Of a stretch of DNA of 64,000 nucleotides, positions 19,498 through 28,504 are shown one piece after another. Source of the DNA: Candidatus Bathyarchaeota archaeon (GTDB lineage: Archaea; Thermoproteota; Bathyarchaeia; 40CM-2-53-6); contig CAVTBR010000001.1 in NCBI GenBank assembly GCA_963733055.1, forward strand, positions 1,088,001-1,152,000, in the 5' to 3' direction. The position numbers were made by a program, and so were the translations under genes. How positions within the stretch are numbered: position 1 is the first letter of the stretch; each line of letters opens with the position of its first letter. The notes beneath the pieces were generated by a model. That model did not search any database. It worked only from the letters and a program-made list of their open reading frames with translations, and was not told where the DNA came from.

Positions 19498-20118
19498 CTA
19501 TGACTTGACCGCTTCAACTCGCCTAACGATTTCTTCAAGCATGCCTTTAACACCCGCGGCCTCCGCCCTCTTCCACAAATATTTCTGATCGAGCTTTCCT
19601 TCTTGTCTGGCTAAGACCGAAGCAGCATCTCCCTCATCCTGAGCGCGCCTATCTGATCGAGCTAGTTTGTTCACGATGAAATCCTCAGGGCCAATCACGA
19701 ACACTTGAAAGGTAGGATCATCCTCGAAAGGACACACTTTCCAGCGTCTACCCAAGAGTCCTCGGTCAAAGGATACGCCGTCGGGCTTGGTCCAAATCTC
19801 GACCTCTACCATTCTCTCAAGGTCCGTCACAACAAATACAGGAGCGTCCGGATGAGGGGGAGACGCCAATTGAAAGCCCGTCTTTTGAAGTTCGGCCTGA
19901 AACTTTAACGAGGAGTTGAAGTTTGCGGCTATTGCCAAATCAACGTCCTGCGTCGCCCTGATCTGACCGTAGGCGGGAAGCGCGAGACCGCCAATTAGCA
20001 TGTAGGGAATGGATTGGCTATCGAGCAGCTGTATTACGTTGCGCAGCGTTAGAGATATTCCTCGCAAGTTCGACAATCTCGTTGAATCGGGTGTATGGAG
20101 ATATACCTGACTCTTCAA
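19498..20118 (-). CDS. Nucleotidyltransferase (DUF6036/AbiEii-like); true start probably near 20066
   Basis: YMLIGGLAL..RATQDVD, PEDFIVNKL..R.QD..D. Confidence 0.85.
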   Translation of the reverse strand: MKSQVYLHTPDSTRLSNLRGISLTLRNVIQLLDSQSIPYMLIGGLALPAYGQIRATQDVDLAIAANFNSSLKFQAELQKTGFQLASPPHPDAPVFVVTDLERMVEVEIWTKPDGVSFDRGLLGRRWKVCPFEDDPTFQVFVIGPEDFIVNKLARSDRRAQDEGDAASVLARQEGKLDQKYLWKRAEAAGVKGMLEEIVRRVEAVKS

Positions 20119-20389
20119 GTCGTTTCGCTAGTTCGGCTTGGTGAACGGCCGCCCTGATGTCGCTCAAATTGCTTCGCAGCTGCAATTTCATCAGCCGTTT
20201 ATACCCTTGAATGAAGTGTTCGCCAAGAGTCGTGGTCTCCATGATGCATTGAGGGCGCCCTCGTCTCTGTTTTTGTTCACGTCGCGTCAGTAACCCACCC
20301 ATCTCTAGTTCCTTAAACAGATCTAGCAAGTCTTCGTGGCTTCCCTCGATCTTGCTTACGAGCTGTGAGACTGAAGACGGATATTTCAT
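20018..20389 (-). CDS. Winged-helix protein, probable partner/antitoxin of the nucleotidyltransferase
   Basis: ELEMGGLL..RGRP..TTLG wHTH pattern; the frame extends to a CTG 13 codons upstream. Confidence 0.7.
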   Translation of the reverse strand: MKYPSSVSQLVSKIEGSHEDLLDLFKELEMGGLLTRREQKQRRGRPQCIMETTTLGEHFIQGYKRLMKLQLRSNLSDIRAAVHQAELAKRLEESGISPYTRFNEIVELARNISNAAQRNTAAR

Positions 20390-20765
20390 GCATGTTGAAA
20401 GGATTTTGGCAGCTCGATCGGTCTGCAGCTCTCACAGCCTCCAACACTTTATTCTGAATAAGGAATTAATTAACTATGTGCTCAAATTTGTTTGAACGGT
20501 TAGCGGTTCCATGACGCAGGTTTAGATTATCCACAACGAGTGGACCAGTCTGGCTTTGACGTTGGTTTCGTAAATTCTAGCATTTCGTGTTGGGATAGGG
20601 TGGGTTTGGGTGTCAACGGGCTGAGGAAACTAAGGGGACACAGCAAAGTTGCGCACGTATCCCTTTGTTGTGAGTTCCACTTTGTGGAACTACCTCGCAG
20701 AATGTGAATGATTCTACTTACCGCTATAGTCGTTTCCATACTTTACGCGGCTTAGTGGAGCTTCA

Positions 20766-21515
20766 ATGAGAACCGCCATGTTTGTAGCCCTAATCCTACT
20801 ATCCCCCGTAACCCTACTTCTTCCGTTCTCGAATTCTGCGCCCGTTGCAACGACCTACGTAACATCGGAACGAACAGCTACCGTCACTTACACCTCGACC
20901 GCTTTCGAGACGACTGTCGACTCAACGACTGGAACCGTGATGCTTCAGTCACCACTGAGCATCCCTCCACAGGTAGTAGGGTTCATGACCCCAAAAGGCA
21001 GGTGCAGTCAGGACATTATTCCTCTGAACGTAAACGTTGGATCGAACCTTAACCTAGAATTAACATCCACTAACCCCGCAAACCTCTACCTGCTTTCAAC
21101 AGCCCAATACCAAACTTCCCCCAACGGATGCGACCTAATCGGCAGCTCCCTGTTAGCTGAGAACAATTTCACCTCCTACACTCTAAAGTGGAGCGCGACT
21201 GAGGATAGCGAGGTGTACCTCTTGCTGACTGGGCCAAATACGATAATCATGCTGAGGAATCACGGAAGCATAGAATCTTTGAAACAACTCGCAACGGTAA
21301 CCCGCACGAGTACAGAAGCAAACCTCAACGTCTATTCGTTAACAAAAGTTGCAAACTATACAACATCCACGACAAGCGCCTCTCAGCCTTACCTTCCACC
21401 CTTGTTAGGTTCGAAAGTATCATTCGTCGCATTCCTCCTCGCACTTCTAGGCCCCCTCGTCCTACTCTCATCCACCAAGAGGCTTGCGAAGCTGAAAGGT
21501 CACGAAGCAAGTTGA
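20766..21515 (+). CDS. Secreted Thr-rich protein with C-terminal TM
   Basis: Signal peptide, Thr-rich linkers, beta domain, TM. Confidence 0.75.
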   Translation: MRTAMFVALILLSPVTLLLPFSNSAPVATTYVTSERTATVTYTSTAFETTVDSTTGTVMLQSPLSIPPQVVGFMTPKGRCSQDIIPLNVNVGSNLNLELTSTNPANLYLLSTAQYQTSPNGCDLIGSSLLAENNFTSYTLKWSATEDSEVYLLLTGPNTIIMLRNHGSIESLKQLATVTRTSTEANLNVYSLTKVANYTTSTTSASQPYLPPLLGSKVSFVAFLLALLGPLVLLSSTKRLAKLKGHEAS

Positions 21516-21705
21516 CAGGATGTGTGTGGGCCTAGTGATGCGCACCGCCCCCAAAAAACAAACAAACTAAGAACCGGTTCAAATTTGGACGGTCGAAATA
21601 TTAGAAATCGAATGTTTCTAACCTCATCGAGTCAGGAGTGGCTATTAGCACAATGAGGGTAACAAGTAAATACTCCTCGGCTTCCCGATTAGGGTCGGTG
21701 TTTTT

Positions 21706-21909
21706 GTGGATAAGGCAATCGTCTCGGCAGGGATTTTCTTATTTCTCGCTGGCCTAACCGGATTGATTTACGGTGTGGGCGTAAACCTTCAAGGAATGCT
21801 AGCTAGAGGTGCGTCTGATTACTCATTCATTAGCGCTTACATAACTCAATGGACGCTTGTCCTGCTCGCAGGAGTGACATTGATCGTAGCAGGAAGCAAA
21901 AGGAAATAG
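21706..21909 (+). CDS. Small 2-TM membrane protein
   Basis: Two hydrophobic helices with a basic C-terminus. Confidence 0.65.
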   Translation: MDKAIVSAGIFLFLAGLTGLIYGVGVNLQGMLARGASDYSFISAYITQWTLVLLAGVTLIVAGSKRK

Positions 21910-22107
21910 AACTTTCTCACTAGGGCGCACTTCTTTTAGTGATCCTGTGTCTCAGTAGCGACCGAGGACGTCGAGTGCATAGCCAATAAACGTGGTCTGT
22001 ACACGTTTTCTTAATTCACTTTAATGATGAGATCCTAGACACCAGGGTGCCTTTAGGCGAGGTACGCACCTTTTATTATGCCCACTAGTTGCTATGAAAA
22101 ACTGATC

Positions 22108-22549
22108 GTGGTCGAAGCCTACGCAACTAAAACCTCAAGAGATCTTCGATAAATACCCTGAAGTCAGATGGGCAGCTCTAATCACCGGTAAGGGAAATGT
22201 GCTTTTCTCCGTCATGAGACAAGGCTTGCAGTCACTCGTACCCGAGAATGAAATTACAGGTTTCATGGAAGCGAACAGATCAAGATCCATTCTCAAGGCA
22301 GCCGAGGGCCTAAGCAAGTGGGCTGGTAAGGTAGAAGGCGCCCTAGTCCGATATGAGAAAGTTTTCCTGTACGTGATTCAACTTCAAGCCGATGTCCTAG
22401 TATTGAGCATTGACAGAGGAACGCCCTTCGAGCGGATAGCACAAATCGCAGGAATCCGTACTCCATCACCTGCAAATAGCGTAGGTGTTCCATCACCCGA
22501 CGATTTGTGGTTAGGTCCGTTAGCGAATCTGTCAACAAGAAATGTTTAG
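22108..22549 (+). CDS. Profilin/roadblock-like (DUF6659-like) small protein, frameshifted near 22130
   Basis: GTG 22108 gives MVEAYATK; the +1 frame continues QEIFDKYPEVRWAALITGKGNVL..LVRYEKV..VLVLSID. Confidence 0.6.
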
Positions 22550-22723
22550 AATATCGTGAATTGTCGAACTAAATCGGGGGTTTTCAAATTGCCAGGTTGT
22601 AACTCGGGGAAGGATGCTTGAGTCACACTGGTAATAATTGCGTGGCCGCGTTTCTGATGGGGACAGGAATAAGTGGGCCTGACATGATTACGGGCGCGGA
22701 GGGATTGTTTGACTATCCAGGAA

Positions 22724-22876
22724 TTGGAGGCTAAACCCGTCCTCTGCCCGCCCTGTTTGAAACAGGAGGAAGCTCTGAGAAAGCTCTGGTCTCAGATCCA
22801 AGACCGTCCCCATCCTACGGTCTTCAATTGGCACTGTGCTATTTGCGGCCAGGAACGCAAGTTGGTCCTAGACTGA
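22724..22876 (+). CDS. 50-aa zinc-finger microprotein, missing from the ORF track
   Basis: TTG start; MEAKPVLCPPCLK..WHCAICGQERKLVLD*. Confidence 0.6.
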   Translation: MEAKPVLCPPCLKQEEALRKLWSQIQDRPHPTVFNWHCAICGQERKLVLD

Positions 22877-22924
22877 GAGCGGTTTGTTCTCTCCATTTGC
22901 TTAGGTCTGGTTGAAGAGCCTGAT

Positions 22925-24973
22925 CTAGGGCTTATGTTTTCTCCGCCTAGTCGAGATTGTCACGATTGCCCAGATCAGTATCCCTATGGGTATTAGTGCG
23001 CCTACGATGCCCGCGATGATCAGCTGTTGCGATATGACTCTCGAAGAAGGAATAACCTTGAGCGCATACGCGTCCATTGCCTGCCCCGCGTTCCCGTAGC
23101 GGTCAACGGCGTTGAAGGAGAACGTGAAGTTTCCCTGCTCGGGGGTCTGGAAGTACATGTGCCAGGTACTGTTGGTGGCATTGTATGCGAGCGGAAGAAA
23201 GAATGTGTACCCCGTAGAGTTTTGGTAGGAACCCGTAACGTTGCCTAAGCTAACGTTGCCGAAAGTGCTTCTTAGACCCGTTCCGTTTGGGTACGTAACA
23301 ATCACGGGAAGGTCTAGGTTGCTGAATGCGCTTAAAGTGGAATTGTTTGATTTGAGCAGAAACATGAACTGCGCGGGGATCAGCTGAGTCGTAGAGTTGA
23401 TGCTCCCCATGTTCCCATATTGATCCTGTTCCGACCAGGTAACGTTGTATGGGCCGAGTGTCGTGTTCTGGTCGAAGTAGTGGGACGCGGACCAGGTTAA
23501 GGTTGTTGAGTTGAAACTGAGGTTCGGTACAATAGTTTGGTTTCCATGCGAAATTACTAGAGTGAGTGTTTTGTTGATTGGGGTTCCGTCTGGATAGGAG
23601 ACTTTGGTTGTGACGTTCAGAGATGTTGTACGTTGAGTCGTTGGAGGCGTGTTCAATTGAAAAACGGGTACGGCCAGCAAGACTTGGAACGTGAATTTGC
23701 CAGATGCCCCGTTACCCCAGGGATCCCGCATGCTCCAAGTACCGGTCCAATTGCCGAGCGTCGCGTTGACGGGGATTTTGAAGGTGGCGACTGGACTGGT
23801 GCCATTCAGTGACATCGTAGTTTTTGTGTGCGTCCCGCCGGGTTGAGTGACGTTGACGGTTACTTGGGTGAGGTTTGCGACGTTTGCTCCGTTATGGTAG
23901 GTGGCCATGAACCCAATCGTGACGTTTTGTGTGCGCTGCCAGGAGGGCTGTGTTTGTATGGTTGGTTGAAGTTTCGCTAAGACTACGCCGAACCCGTTTG
24001 AGGCCACGGGGGAACCCGCACCGCTGTTTCCGTAAGGATCCGTTAGACCTGTTGGGTTGAGTTGGAAGTGGTATGTGGTAATGTTTGCGGATGGAGGCGG
24101 AACCCAGGAGGCTACCCATTCGCCGATCGTAGCGTTGAGAGGAGTCAAAGGTACGCTGATTAGTTTCTGGCCGCCTGAGAGGATATCAACCGTGCCGGTT
24201 ACGTTCGTAACGGCAGATGCGTCTGGGTAAGAGAGGATGTAGGTCGCGTTGACCTGGGCCGTTCTCTCGATTTGGAGCGGCAACGTGTTGTTTGATCTTA
24301 CGCTGATCGTTGCGGGTGCGATAATGAATTCGGAGCTAACAGTTGTAGCTTGGTGCTTGTCGAAGGTCAGCCCGGTTTCGGTTGCTTTGAAGGTTCCGTC
24401 AGGGGCGGATGGCGAGAGTTTGAAAGTGTACTTGTACTCTCCAGTGGCTCCAGCTGTAATGTTCATTGGGAATCCTGGAAAAGTCTTGTTCGCTCCCGCA
24501 ACCTCCAACGCGATTGAGGAATTGGCCGCGAAGCCCCCACCCGCAACTACTACCGTTCTCGTTCTCTCGTATGATTGCGAATCCGTTCCTGAAACCCCGA
24601 AGTGTACCGTGGCTTCTTTTGTATCTGTTATTGGAGAGGTCGATAGGGTGAGATCGTAGGTTCCCGGAGGGTCCGATGAGGCTATGGTCAACTGGACCGG
24701 GGGTACGGAGGCGCCGTTTACGGAGGTGAAATGAACACCCAAGGCGTAGGGTAGGAGTTGCGTTGGTTTTTCGAGCCAGAGGTAATAGGTGACATTTGTC
24801 GCGAGATTCTGAAAGGTAACCCTGACCGTCCCGCCAACCCCCCATATGGGATAAATGGCCTGATCCGTGGAGATTTGCCCAGACACGGCCTTAACATGCT
24901 GACCGCTCCCAAAGAGCATTGTAACATAGATGAATGCAACAAGGCAGGCCGAAATAGCTCTCATTTTCTTCAT
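22925..24973 (-). CDS. Large surface glycoprotein with repeated Ig-like domains and C-terminal TM anchor
   Basis: Signal peptide, repeated YPDG..G.W..D.(Y/W)GN.G units, many NxT/S sequons, TM followed by RRRKHKP. Confidence 0.85.
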   Translation of the reverse strand: MKKMRAISACLVAFIYVTMLFGSGQHVKAVSGQISTDQAIYPIWGVGGTVRVTFQNLATNVTYYLWLEKPTQLLPYALGVHFTSVNGASVPPVQLTIASSDPPGTYDLTLSTSPITDTKEATVHFGVSGTDSQSYERTRTVVVAGGGFAANSSIALEVAGANKTFPGFPMNITAGATGEYKYTFKLSPSAPDGTFKATETGLTFDKHQATTVSSEFIIAPATISVRSNNTLPLQIERTAQVNATYILSYPDASAVTNVTGTVDILSGGQKLISVPLTPLNATIGEWVASWVPPPSANITTYHFQLNPTGLTDPYGNSGAGSPVASNGFGVVLAKLQPTIQTQPSWQRTQNVTIGFMATYHNGANVANLTQVTVNVTQPGGTHTKTTMSLNGTSPVATFKIPVNATLGNWTGTWSMRDPWGNGASGKFTFQVLLAVPVFQLNTPPTTQRTTSLNVTTKVSYPDGTPINKTLTLVISHGNQTIVPNLSFNSTTLTWSASHYFDQNTTLGPYNVTWSEQDQYGNMGSINSTTQLIPAQFMFLLKSNNSTLSAFSNLDLPVIVTYPNGTGLRSTFGNVSLGNVTGSYQNSTGYTFFLPLAYNATNSTWHMYFQTPEQGNFTFSFNAVDRYGNAGQAMDAYALKVIPSSRVISQQLIIAGIVGALIPIGILIWAIVTISTRRRKHKP

Positions 24974-25037
24974 AGAGACGGCAACGTGCCCGGTGCGGTG
25001 ACGGATTACTTATATTTGCTGTGACTCACGCGATGCA

Positions 25038-26225
25038 ATGAGACGATCACGAGTGCCTTCTAGTGAGCCGGCCGTTGACCCTCTAGGCGACATAGAGGCA
25101 TTGACGCACGAGCTCGCTAGCCTTGAGGTTCAAATGAATTCTCGGAAGATAAGCAACCAAGAGTACGAGACTGCCTCAAAGCGGCTACGAGAGCGAATTT
25201 CCCAATCTGAAGCTATGGCGTATTCGATGGCGAAGACAAACGAATCGATCGCCGAAAAACTGAGAGGTAGGAATTACGGCCTTCCCGAAGTCCAACAGTT
25301 GTGCAATCATTTCATCTACGGTTCAAGAAGGGCGCTTGACCCTGAATTTGGTGCAGACCGTGTTCCCAAGTATTTTGTGGAAGCCGAAGGAGGAGCTAAA
25401 GCTCTCATGGACACCGCTCTTCTTGAGCGGATGGTCGACATTGGCATTCTGAAAGCCTCATTATTCGAGAAGATACTCGTTTGCCCGAAGTGCGGTACGC
25501 CCTCGAACGTTTTTGCGCGATTCAAATGTACGAATTGTGCCTCCATCGATATTGCGATTAACCGGATGCTTGAGCATCTTGCATGCGGAACTATCCATAA
25601 TGAGAAATCGTTTCGCGTCGGCCGTAGCATGATATGCCCGACGTGCAAGAAGTCGCTTCAGAAACCAGAGGAACAGCGGCTCATTGGGCTCGTCTGCACT
25701 TGTAACAAGTGCGGTGCCCACTTCGAGGATCCGGCGCAGAGTTTCTATTGCAGAAAATGCGAAACTGATTTCAACCTTCAAACAGGCATCATCACAGACA
25801 TCCAAGTTTACGATATGAACGAGAAGATAATTGGCGAGATTCGATCACAACTGGGTGTGCCCATAATCGCCGATATGCTCGAAAAGAATAATTTCCAACT
25901 GGACATCCCCGGACGACTTGCTGGAAAGGGAAGGAACGTTCAGTTCTCGATTGTTGCACGAAAGGATGCGTCTGTTGCAGCCATAGATTTGGCTTCGAGC
26001 GATTCCGAGATCTCCGTCGGACCCGTCCTGGAATTCTACGTGAAATTACTGGAGGCAAAGCCGAGCTTTGCTATTTTCGGAGCAATTCCGCGACTGTCGG
26101 AGCAGGCTAAAGATGTTGCCGAGACCAATAGAATATCTGTCGCGGAAGGCGCGACAGCCGAAATACTTGCACGGAATATTCTCGAGGTCTTCGGCGAAGG
26201 CGTGTTTCAAAAGGTGACCAAGTAG
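25038..26225 (+). CDS. Coiled-coil + Cys-rich TackOD1-like domain + degenerate Mrr-like (PD-D/ExK fold) domain protein
   Basis: CPKCG..CTNCAS..EHLACG..CPTCKK..CNKCG..CRKCE; C-terminal FSIVA..AAIDL..A.DVA..I.V.EG. Confidence 0.75.
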   Translation: MRRSRVPSSEPAVDPLGDIEALTHELASLEVQMNSRKISNQEYETASKRLRERISQSEAMAYSMAKTNESIAEKLRGRNYGLPEVQQLCNHFIYGSRRALDPEFGADRVPKYFVEAEGGAKALMDTALLERMVDIGILKASLFEKILVCPKCGTPSNVFARFKCTNCASIDIAINRMLEHLACGTIHNEKSFRVGRSMICPTCKKSLQKPEEQRLIGLVCTCNKCGAHFEDPAQSFYCRKCETDFNLQTGIITDIQVYDMNEKIIGEIRSQLGVPIIADMLEKNNFQLDIPGRLAGKGRNVQFSIVARKDASVAAIDLASSDSEISVGPVLEFYVKLLEAKPSFAIFGAIPRLSEQAKDVAETNRISVAEGATAEILARNILEVFGEGVFQKVTK

Positions 26226-26236
26226 GAGGCATCAAG

Positions 26237-27733
26237 ATGACTGCAACTCGATTGAGCGAACCAACTCAGTCCCGTGAGGCTGTGGTGGGCCATGTGATCT
26301 TCGATGAGGGTTTAGCGAAGGGTGAGAGCAATTATTGTTACATGGAATGCGAACATTCGAAGCCCCCCCGCGGCGTCTATGTGCAGGTGAATGATCCGTC
26401 GGGCCCAGTTTTTGTTGCTAGAATTGTCGACGGACCCTTCTACCCCAAAGGATCGCGGTCAACCTATTTCGCGTTAGAGTTGAGTGCAATGATAGTGGGC
26501 GGGCGAAAGACAGCCATCCAAAGTCGGCCCCAACCCGAAAGCGCAGTCACGTTACTCGATGCCGAAAGCACCCAAGACTACCTTGGAGCTACAGGCGACT
26601 TGAAACTGGGACGGTTGCTGGGCCAACCTGGAGTCAACGTCTCACTCCACTCAACCTCCCTGGTCAGACATGTTGGCATCTTCGGGACAACTGGAAGCGG
26701 AAAATCAAACACCCTCCAAGTTATCGTCGAACAGACAATTCAAACAGGACGGGGAGTTCTGATCTTCGATATCGAGGGCGAGTACGTCAGGATGAACGAA
26801 CCTACAGGAGAACTAGTCACAACGCTCGCTGAATTCGGCGAGAAACCCGAGGGAGTCAAAGACCTTCGCGTCTACGTACCCGCCCCGAACAGCAGCCTCA
26901 ACCCCGACGCAAAGAAGTTCGGTATTCCCTTCTCAGAGCTAGACTTGGAGATATTCTCCGAAGTTCTAGGTTTAACACCTTTCGAGCGCGTCTATTTCCT
27001 CGACATCGCGAAAAAGACCAAGGACATGTCGGGGAGCTTCCAAGCCTACGCCCTGAGCAGCGTATTGAGTACGTTGAAGAAGCGGATTGAGGGACAGATC
27101 GATAAGGCAACTGTCCCAGAGGTCGTGGCTGAAGCCCACATGGGCCTCTTCACCAAACTCTCCCTCGCAGACCGAACCGGAATCATCGACGCCCCATACG
27201 AGAAGATCACGGCCGAGATGCTGTGCGTTCCGGGAAGAATCTCGGTTATCGATGTAAGCGAATCCTCAGACCTTTTGCGAAACCTCTGCGTTGCCCATTA
27301 CCTTAGGGAAGTTTTCAAGTACAAAACAAACCACCCACAATCACCCCCGCTCATGCTCTTCGTTGAAGAAATTCACACATTCATCAGTAAAGGAAAGAGC
27401 GACCGCATGCTCGCGACAATCTCGATGCTTACCGAGATGGCGCGGCAAGGAAGGAAGAGAGGATTGGGACTAGGAATCGTTTCACAACAGCCAGCCCTTC
27501 TCCCGTCGGAACTGATAGAATTATGCAACACCCGATTCGTTCACAAGTTGGGATCAACCCCGAACCTACAAGCCCTACGCCAATCTACAGGAAACGTATC
27601 AGATTCGTTATGGGCTCTTCTACCCTCCTTGGGGAAGGGTGAAGTGTTGCTTGCATCTCCGGAATTCGAGCAGGCTATCGTAGCGGTGATTAGACCCAAC
27701 AAATCAAAGCGACTTCGAGTTGAGTTTGGATGA
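26237..27733 (+). CDS. herA: HerA/FtsK-superfamily ATPase (DUF87/HerA-like)
   Basis: RHVGIFGTTGSGKS (Walker A), IFDIEGEY, LFVEEIH (Walker B), ARQGRKRGLGLGIVSQQP. Confidence 0.88.
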   Translation: MTATRLSEPTQSREAVVGHVIFDEGLAKGESNYCYMECEHSKPPRGVYVQVNDPSGPVFVARIVDGPFYPKGSRSTYFALELSAMIVGGRKTAIQSRPQPESAVTLLDAESTQDYLGATGDLKLGRLLGQPGVNVSLHSTSLVRHVGIFGTTGSGKSNTLQVIVEQTIQTGRGVLIFDIEGEYVRMNEPTGELVTTLAEFGEKPEGVKDLRVYVPAPNSSLNPDAKKFGIPFSELDLEIFSEVLGLTPFERVYFLDIAKKTKDMSGSFQAYALSSVLSTLKKRIEGQIDKATVPEVVAEAHMGLFTKLSLADRTGIIDAPYEKITAEMLCVPGRISVIDVSESSDLLRNLCVAHYLREVFKYKTNHPQSPPLMLFVEEIHTFISKGKSDRMLATISMLTEMARQGRKRGLGLGIVSQQPALLPSELIELCNTRFVHKLGSTPNLQALRQSTGNVSDSLWALLPSLGKGEVLLASPEFEQAIVAVIRPNKSKRLRVEFG

Positions 27734-28502
27734 ATCGAGGAATGGAAGAAGGGTTGAAGAATTGAGTGCGACTGCGCGAGCCAAAACTGGAATTACAGGC
27801 TTAGACGAGGCGCTGGAGGGAGGGCTGCTAAGAAACTACGCCTATTCAATCATAGGCGCCCCAGGGACCGGAAAAACGACTTTGGCTGCACAATTTATTT
27901 TCAGGGGAGCAACGCAGCACGGCGAGAGCGGCGTTTACGCCTCGCTTGAAGAACAACCATTCGTCATAGCCAATAATATGATGCGTTTCAATTTCAACCT
28001 GTTCGACTTGGAAAGCCAAGGAAGACTCGTGCTACTAGACGCGGCCCCATACCAAGAACGGCCTGGTGCAGAGCTGAAGATTCGGGGCGGCGTTCTGGCG
28101 AGCGAGTCGTTCAACTTGGATGGCCTTCTCGGGGCGATAGCGAGCGCGCGAAAGAGGGTAGCGGCGAAGAGATGCGTGATTGACTCCCTGGACGCCATCG
28201 CCGGTGTCTACAAAACCAAGTCCGAGTACAGGTTCAAGCTGCTCCAATTCTTCCGCGCACTCTCCGAACTAGAACTGACAACTCTTGTCCTAACCGACAC
28301 GACGACTCCTACTGTTGAGAAGTTCGGGGTCGAGACGATGCTAGCTAGCGGTTGCTTCGTACTCCACGACGCCGAGAATAAGGACGCTCAGGCTCGGGTC
28401 ATGGAAATCCAGAAGATACGTGGGATCCGAGTTGCGAAGCGGATGCTCGGTTACAGGATTACACCAGACGGCTTCGAGGTTAGCCTACAGACAACAACAT
28501 AG
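27720..28502 (+). CDS. Single-domain KaiC/RAD55-like ATPase
   Basis: TGITGLD..GGL, GAPGTGKT, SLEE, VIDSL, IQKIRG. Confidence 0.92.
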   Translation: MSLDESRNGRRVEELSATARAKTGITGLDEALEGGLLRNYAYSIIGAPGTGKTTLAAQFIFRGATQHGESGVYASLEEQPFVIANNMMRFNFNLFDLESQGRLVLLDAAPYQERPGAELKIRGGVLASESFNLDGLLGAIASARKRVAAKRCVIDSLDAIAGVYKTKSEYRFKLLQFFRALSELELTTLVLTDTTTPTVEKFGVETMLASGCFVLHDAENKDAQARVMEIQKIRGIRVAKRMLGYRITPDGFEVSLQTTT

Positions 28503-28504
28503 GG

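Noticed and set aside
18823-21595. GGTTCAAAT motifs at about 18823 and 21577 as further tRNA T-arms
   Set aside because: No T-stem pairing or acceptor strand around them
26237-27733. Housekeeping herA-nurA-mre11-rad50 repair locus
   Set aside because: None of the partner genes is adjacent
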